Shown: positions 58,502 to 64,000 of the stretch, in pieces
Numbering within the stretch: the first letter of the stretch is position 1
How the letters are laid out: each line of letters opens with the position of its first letter
Origin: a bacterium HR19
Lineage (GTDB): Bacteria > Calescibacteriota > Calescibacteriia > Calescibacteriales > Calescibacteriaceae
Length of the DNA: 64,000 nucleotides
Direction: 5' to 3'
NCBI GenBank assembly: GCA_002898315.1
Contig: BEHV01000005.1
Coordinates: 8,859 to 72,858 of the forward strand
Translations under genes and position numbers: made by a program
Notes under the pieces: generated by a model
What the model was told of the DNA's origin: nothing
What the model saw: only the letters and a program-made list of their open reading frames with translations
The model's database searches: none

Positions 58502-59506
58502 ATGTATTCCATTTTTTCTCATGCTGTACTTATCAATTTAATTTCTATTGCAAGTGCTGGAGCTAACATAAAAATATCATGTTCTTCAATAGCTCCAAAA
58601 GGAAGCTTATTTGAAAAGATTTTACAAGAAGCTTCAAGTAGAATAAAGCAGGAAACAGAAGTAGAGATAGTGTGGATTCCAGGTCAGGTTTTTGGCGATG
58701 AAATAGATATAGCAAGAGCTTTGAAAGAAAAAAAGATAGATTGCGCTGTTCTCACCGTAAATGGACTCAGAATTATAATACCCTACTTTTCTATTCTTGA
58801 TATGCCGTATCTTGTGAAAAATTATGAAGAAGGCGATTTTATAAGAAAAGAAGTTCTACCTCCGCTCTTATCAAAACTGCTTGAAAACGAAGAGTATATT
58901 CTCGGAGGATTGATAGAGATAGGTTTTGTACATTTTTATTCCAAGTATCCCCTGCGAAAAATTCAGGATTTTCAAGGCAAAAGCTTTTGGGCATGGCCAA
59001 AAAACATAATTCAAGAGGGAACTTTCAAACAGCTGAAAAAGTTTGGAGTAAAACCCGTATATGCGAATATATGGGATGTTGAAAAGCTTTCTCCGAACAT
59101 AGACATAGTTTGGGGTCCGCACTATGCAGTTTTGATATATGGATGGTATAAATATTTTCAATTTATCATAGATGAACCACTGATATATTTTATGGCTGGC
59201 GTGGTGATAAGAAAAGATACTATGAAGAAATTGAGCAAAGAGACACAGGAAAAAGTCATAAACATAATTCGTGATTTCTCAAATAAAGCTTCTTACCTTA
59301 TAAGAAAGGAAAATGAGAGAACAGAAAGCTATCTGCTCAGCAATCATAAATATCAGAAGATAAGTTTTGAAGATTCAGAAAATTTGGAGAAAATTCTGAA
59401 AGATGATCTGTGGCAAGAATTAAAAAGCAAGTATAGCTTACCGGAGTGGCTCTTTTTATCACTGGTCAAAGAAGTAATAAAGTTCAGATTGAACATAAAA
59501 AAGTAG
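58502..59506 (+). CDS. TRAP transporter substrate-binding protein DctP (TatP-like subtype)
   Basis: SSIAPKGS, FGDEIDI, LTVNGL, LDMPYL, IGFVHFYS; signal peptide ending ASA. Confidence 0.8.
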   Translation: MYSIFSHAVLINLISIASAGANIKISCSSIAPKGSLFEKILQEASSRIKQETEVEIVWIPGQVFGDEIDIARALKEKKIDCAVLTVNGLRIIIPYFSILDMPYLVKNYEEGDFIRKEVLPPLLSKLLENEEYILGGLIEIGFVHFYSKYPLRKIQDFQGKSFWAWPKNIIQEGTFKQLKKFGVKPVYANIWDVEKLSPNIDIVWGPHYAVLIYGWYKYFQFIIDEPLIYFMAGVVIRKDTMKKLSKETQEKVINIIRDFSNKASYLIRKENERTESYLLSNHKYQKISFEDSENLEKILKDDLWQELKSKYSLPEWLFLSLVKEVIKFRLNIKK

Positions 59507-59581
59507 ATTTTCTTGAACTCATCACGATATAAAAATACAAGAGATATTAAACTTAAATTTATGATGTTTTGGAAAGAAAAG

Positions 59582-62143
59582 ATGAAGTTAAAAGAGACCA
59601 CCTTTCTGAACTTTTTGATAATAGTTATGCTTTTGTTTTTCAGCTGTGAGAAAGAAAAAATAAAGGTAGAAAATCCATTATACGACACTGAAATATCAAG
59701 AATAATTGAAAAGAACTCTTTGCCTTGCTCTGATGAAGAAGGGAAAAATTATACCGGAGGGGAATTTGCTCTTATAAGAAATATAAAATACCATAAAAAC
59801 CTATACGGAGACCTGTACTTACCCAAAGGAATAAAAAATTTTCCTGTTGCAATACACATTCATGGTGGGGGCTGGTCAGCAGGGACTCGTAGATTACCTA
59901 TGGGGCAGTGGTGGGGAGAACTTTTTGCATGCAGTGGGATAGCTCTCTTTGATGTGGAGTACACACTCTACCCAAAAGCAAAAGTAAAAGACCAGATAAA
60001 GGAGTTGAAGTGTGCAATACTTTGGACACAAACAGAAGGAAAAAAGTTCGGTATAGGAGATAAAGTTATTGTTCTCGGAGGTAGCGCTGGCGGACATCTT
60101 ACCGCAATGGTATCCTTCACAAAAGATGATTTCTTTCCAGAAGAATGCACATACGCAAACTATAAAAGAGAAATAAAAATATCTGCTGCAATACCCTTTT
60201 ACGGAGTTTACGACCTTTCACAAGGATACATAAAAGATCTTGAAGTTTTCAGAAAAGAAAACGAAAATCTTTCCGAAACCATAACATCTCTCTCACCTAT
60301 AAATTATGTTCAAAATGTAGATTTCCCAGTTCTTATAATACACGGGCAAGCCGATTTTTTAGTCCCACTCAATCAATCTGTAAATCTCTGGAGAGAAATT
60401 TCAAAGCGGAGGGAAGATGCAGAGATATTTGTAGTAGAAGATGGCGCGCACGGATTTGACGCTTTTCCACAAAACGAATACACAAAAAAAGCCAAAGGAA
60501 AAATTTTAGAGTTCTTGGAAAAACATAATTTTTTATCAGGCATATCAGAGGAAAAAGTTCCCGAACACAATCACATAGAAAAAGGAAGGTATTACTTGAA
60601 AGAAGGTTTTCTCAAGCATGCATATTTAGAATTCTCAAAAGCAGGAGTAAAAGATTGTGAGACAGAATATGGAAAGCTTCTTGCAAAAACATTTGATTTG
60701 CTCTCTCTTACAATAAATCAAGCTCAATCAGGAATGCTGAACTTACTTACTCCACAGCAAACGCTATCTTTCTCTATATCTTTACGCGGAAATAACTTTG
60801 CAAGCAGGATTTCGGACAAGCAGAACAGCTTTGAGTGGAAGCCAAACCTTAACCTTCTTTATGAAAACTACATAAAACCTACAGAAGATATACTGCAAGA
60901 GATACAATCCCTCGCTCTCTTCGTATATGAAAAAAGCTGTACTTTTTATGAAGAAGATGGAATACCAATCTACACCGATGCTTTCACCTCAGAAGTAAGA
61001 ATAGGTAGAAAGTTTGGAAAAGAATTTGCTCTCGCCTCTCTTACCATATCTGAGATTGTAAAGCTTCTTCTTAACTTCTCTTTTTCACACGATATAAACT
61101 TCTCGCTAGAAGGTGAGAAAACCTCAAAATATCTTATACCCTTCTTTCTTACTGAGCAAGATGATATAGTAGGGTTAATAAGATTAGCAGGAATCTTATA
61201 CCAAGAGAATCCGAATATTTTGGAATTTAAACGTCCTGAAAAATACGAGAAGGTCAAGGGAAACTTGATCTCATCTCTTTCGTATGCTGAAAAATTTATA
61301 GATTCTGCACTTTTAGAAAATTGCGACTCTGATGTTCTCTGCTACAAGAACGGTAAAGTTTTGACAGGAAAGTTATCGGTAAATCCCCCTGATTTCCGAA
61401 ACTCATTCGCAATTTTTCTTGACCTTATAGAAGTTGGTTCGTCATTTTTAAACAGAGCTTATTTTTCTGAACTGAAAGCATTTTTAAGCAACATCAGAGA
61501 AAAAATAAAGAATAACGAATACATAAATCTTTCAGAGTTCAACTCGGCCATTCCTGATATTGTCAAAAATTTTGTTGGCAACATATTTCCTGATTTTATT
61601 TCAATAAATGTTGGAAAATTTTTAGATTCCAAAAAACCTCTGCGAGAGTTTCTTCCAGAAGTAGTTGAGACAGACATAATTCCCGATATGAAGGTATTAA
61701 GAGACATTGAACCCTCTTTTGAACCAGCTATAGCTTTGCCATCTTTTTTAATTGAAGGAGAACTCGGAAAAATGAGCACCATTGAAGATGAAATCCCGAA
61801 CCATGAAAACTGCTATGTGTGTTTGCCAGGGGTAAGATTCTCAAAGTATGATGGAAAAATATCAATTGACGGAAATAAAATAGAAAAACTCCAAGATGAT
61901 TGTCTATCGCTTGATGGGAAATTTATTTTTGAAAAGTTCTCAACTCAGAAATTGCCTCTCATATATGTGTACTTCAAAAACCCATCATTTGATGAAAGTT
62001 TATTTATAGGTAAAAATCCTTATGGATGCGGAGAGAATGAAAAAATTTCGGACTTCAAGCCAGCAAGTAATTTTACATTGAATAAATCTATAAGTTATTT
62101 TATCACAAAGTTAGATTCTATTTTGCGGATGTTAAATTTCTGA
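59582..62143 (+). CDS. alpha/beta-hydrolase (HSL-type esterase) lipoprotein with long C-terminal region of unknown function
   Basis: Lipobox LFFSC; HGGGW, GGSAGGHL, HGQADFLVP, GAHGF; start uncertain (59513-59582). Confidence 0.8.
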   Translation: MKLKETTFLNFLIIVMLLFFSCEKEKIKVENPLYDTEISRIIEKNSLPCSDEEGKNYTGGEFALIRNIKYHKNLYGDLYLPKGIKNFPVAIHIHGGGWSAGTRRLPMGQWWGELFACSGIALFDVEYTLYPKAKVKDQIKELKCAILWTQTEGKKFGIGDKVIVLGGSAGGHLTAMVSFTKDDFFPEECTYANYKREIKISAAIPFYGVYDLSQGYIKDLEVFRKENENLSETITSLSPINYVQNVDFPVLIIHGQADFLVPLNQSVNLWREISKRREDAEIFVVEDGAHGFDAFPQNEYTKKAKGKILEFLEKHNFLSGISEEKVPEHNHIEKGRYYLKEGFLKHAYLEFSKAGVKDCETEYGKLLAKTFDLLSLTINQAQSGMLNLLTPQQTLSFSISLRGNNFASRISDKQNSFEWKPNLNLLYENYIKPTEDILQEIQSLALFVYEKSCTFYEEDGIPIYTDAFTSEVRIGRKFGKEFALASLTISEIVKLLLNFSFSHDINFSLEGEKTSKYLIPFFLTEQDDIVGLIRLAGILYQENPNILEFKRPEKYEKVKGNLISSLSYAEKFIDSALLENCDSDVLCYKNGKVLTGKLSVNPPDFRNSFAIFLDLIEVGSSFLNRAYFSELKAFLSNIREKIKNNEYINLSEFNSAIPDIVKNFVGNIFPDFISINVGKFLDSKKPLREFLPEVVETDIIPDMKVLRDIEPSFEPAIALPSFLIEGELGKMSTIEDEIPNHENCYVCLPGVRFSKYDGKISIDGNKIEKLQDDCLSLDGKFIFEKFSTQKLPLIYVYFKNPSFDESLFIGKNPYGCGENEKISDFKPASNFTLNKSISYFITKLDSILRMLNF

Positions 62144-62176
62144 AATCAATTGGTAAGGGAGAGAATATTAGGGGGA

Positions 62177-63139
62177 CTATGATATTATACCTATGCTTTC
62201 AAGGAATCGTTGAGCATCAAGCGCAGCCATACATCCTGACCCAGCAGCAGTTATAGCCTGCCTGTATCTATGGTCCTGAACATCTCCCGCTGCAAATATA
62301 CCGGGTACAGAAGTTTGAGTGGTTTTATCCTTCGTTATTATATAACCATTCTCATCCATCTCAACTTTACCTTTAAGGAATTCTGTGTTTGGTTTATGAC
62401 CTATTGCGATAAAAACACCATCTGTTTCTAAGAAGTTTTTTTCTCCTGTGATAACATTTTTCAAAACAACACCGACAACTCTGCCTTTCTCTGCATCTAA
62501 AATATCTTCAACAACGGAGTTCCAAATGAAAGATATTTTGGGATTTTTAAAAGCTCTTTCTTGCATTATTTTTGAAGCTCTGAGTTTATCTCTTCTATGT
62601 ATTACTTTTACCTCTGATGCAAATCTTGTGAGAAACAGCGCCTCTTCCATTGCTGAATCTCCTCCTCCGACAACGACAACTTTTTTATTCCTGAAAAATG
62701 CTCCATCGCATGTGGCGCATGTAGAAACACCTCTACCAACAAGTTTTTTTTCAGATTCAAGACCGAGCATTTTTGCGCTTGCTCCCGTCGCCACAATAAC
62801 GCTCCAGGTAAGAAACTCCCTCCCTCCATCTGTCTTGACTTTAAATGGAACTCTTTCAAGTGGATTTCCAAGCTCAATATCAACAACATTTTCATAGATT
62901 ATTTCTGCTCCAAACCTTTCTGCCTGTCTCCTCATATACTCCATAAGGTCTGGTCCCATCACTCCATCTGGAAATCCGGGGAAGTTTTCAACTTCTGTTG
63001 TGAGCATAAGTTGTCCACCGGGTTGAATACCGGCGATCACAACAGGGTTAAGGAGTGCTCTTGCGGTGTAAATTCCAGCAGTATAACCAGCCGGACCAGA
63101 ACCTATTATAACAACATTTCTTACTCCATCTTTTTGCAT
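62177..63139 (-). CDS. trxB: thioredoxin-disulfide reductase
   Basis: IGSGPAGYTA, GGQL..TTEVENFPGF, CATCDG, GGGDSAMEEA, RQAITAAGSG. Confidence 0.97.
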   Translation of the reverse strand: MQKDGVRNVVIIGSGPAGYTAGIYTARALLNPVVIAGIQPGGQLMLTTEVENFPGFPDGVMGPDLMEYMRRQAERFGAEIIYENVVDIELGNPLERVPFKVKTDGGREFLTWSVIVATGASAKMLGLESEKKLVGRGVSTCATCDGAFFRNKKVVVVGGGDSAMEEALFLTRFASEVKVIHRRDKLRASKIMQERAFKNPKISFIWNSVVEDILDAEKGRVVGVVLKNVITGEKNFLETDGVFIAIGHKPNTEFLKGKVEMDENGYIITKDKTTQTSVPGIFAAGDVQDHRYRQAITAAGSGCMAALDAQRFLESIGIIS

Positions 63140-63189
63140 AACAAAATTTTAATTTGAATTGTTTTACATTTGAGAGAATTCTGAAATAT

Positions 63190-64000
63190 TCATATTTTCA
63201 AAATGTCAAATATCTTTCTCACATCTTCAAGTTGAGATGTTGTCATTGAAGCAATTTTTTCTTCTATTTTTTCTCTTATCTTGTTCTTCAAATTCTCTGA
63301 TATATTTTTTTCGTTTTTTCTTATGAACGATAAAAGCGATTCAAGAGCTTCCTTTCTCATGTTTTCTTCATCAATAGCACTCAAAATATCGTCTATCGCG
63401 TTGAGATCAGATGATATGCCACAAGCTCTCAGATATACTCCCGCTATAATGGGGTCTTTCACATCATCAAACTTCTCTTTCAGGAGAAGATGGGCTTTAT
63501 CATAATCTAACCTGATTATAGCTTCTATCAAGAACATCAGAGAGTAAAGATCGTCTTTTGAAACTTTTCTGAACAGCTCTATGATTTTGCTCAAAGAAGA
63601 AGTATCTCCAAGACGCGATAGATATTCAGCAGAAGAAACAAAAACATTGGTATCAGGATCATCAAGCCCTCGTCTTATAAGATCTGCATCTCCCAGCTCA
63701 AAAGCAATGTCAAGAGCAAATTTCCTTATATCTCTATCATGGTCTTTCATTAACCTTGGAAGGACTGATTTATCTCTGTTATTTATAATTATCCTTTGTG
63801 CAACACTCCTTATATATGCGTTATCTGACCAGAGAAGCTTGACAACTTTTTCTTTAACTTTTGGGTAAAGAGCTGTCAGAATTTCTTCCGCCCTTTTTCC
63901 GGGAATTCCCTTTCTTTTTTCTAAGATTTTAACAAGAACATCAAAAAGTTCATTCAATTCCTGTTGGTTTAAGCTATGTAGTTTCAGCTCAATAACATCA
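63190..64000 (-). CDS. HEAT-repeat protein (frame open to window edge, 5'-truncated)
   Basis: DHDRDIRKFALD, DDPDTNVFVSSAEYL repeats; no in-frame stop between 63957 and 64000. Confidence 0.75.
   Translation of the reverse strand, partial: DVIELKLHSLNQQELNELFDVLVKILEKRKGIPGKRAEEILTALYPKVKEKVVKLLWSDNAYIRSVAQRIIINNRDKSVLPRLMKDHDRDIRKFALDIAFELGDADLIRRGLDDPDTNVFVSSAEYLSRLGDTSSLSKIIELFRKVSKDDLYSLMFLIEAIIRLDYDKAHLLLKEKFDDVKDPIIAGVYLRACGISSDLNAIDDILSAIDEENMRKEALESLLSFIRKNEKNISENLKNKIREKIEEKIASMTTSQLEDVRKIFDILKI

Noticed and set aside
58280-58522. 81-aa N-terminal extension of the minus-strand dctP ORF
   Set aside because: Low-complexity translation of the AT-rich divergent promoter region, overlapping the opposite gene's start.

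Overview
AT-rich, gene-dense 64-kb chromosomal window from a diderm (LPS genes waaA, GT9, rfaE2, lapA) bacterium that is very probably a (hyper)thermophile (branched-chain polyamine synthase BpsA; GC-rich structural RNAs in an AT-rich, Lys/Glu-rich genome). Content is mostly housekeeping and metabolic genes from broken-up operons (leuC, tuf-rpmG-tRNA-Trp-secE-nusG, ugd, bioB, glgP, parA, pyrF, metK, trxB), plus five tRNAs and an RNase P RNA. No CRISPR array, prophage, integrase or rRNA was seen. The most notable item is a minus-strand module at 43.8-45.6 kb: a nitrosocyanin (red copper protein, classically a hallmark of ammonia-oxidising proteobacteria) with all four Cu ligands, followed by an SCO copper chaperone and a 4-Cys MarR regulator, with a 12-bp direct repeat in its promoter and an LLM monooxygenase/Zn-ADH/ACAD cluster downstream. 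Other highlights: an orphan IS200/IS605 right-end/TnpB omegaRNA-like element with no TnpB; an RNase P RNA lacking P18, with extra helices and a same-strand overlap with a methyltransferase ORF; a nitrilase-family lipoprotein with Ser in place of the catalytic Cys; a twin-hairpin csp 5' leader; a tRNA-Trp with A73; and an 1822-aa Ig-repeat/FG-GAP surface lipoprotein. All calls come from motif recognition by eye; no searches were run.
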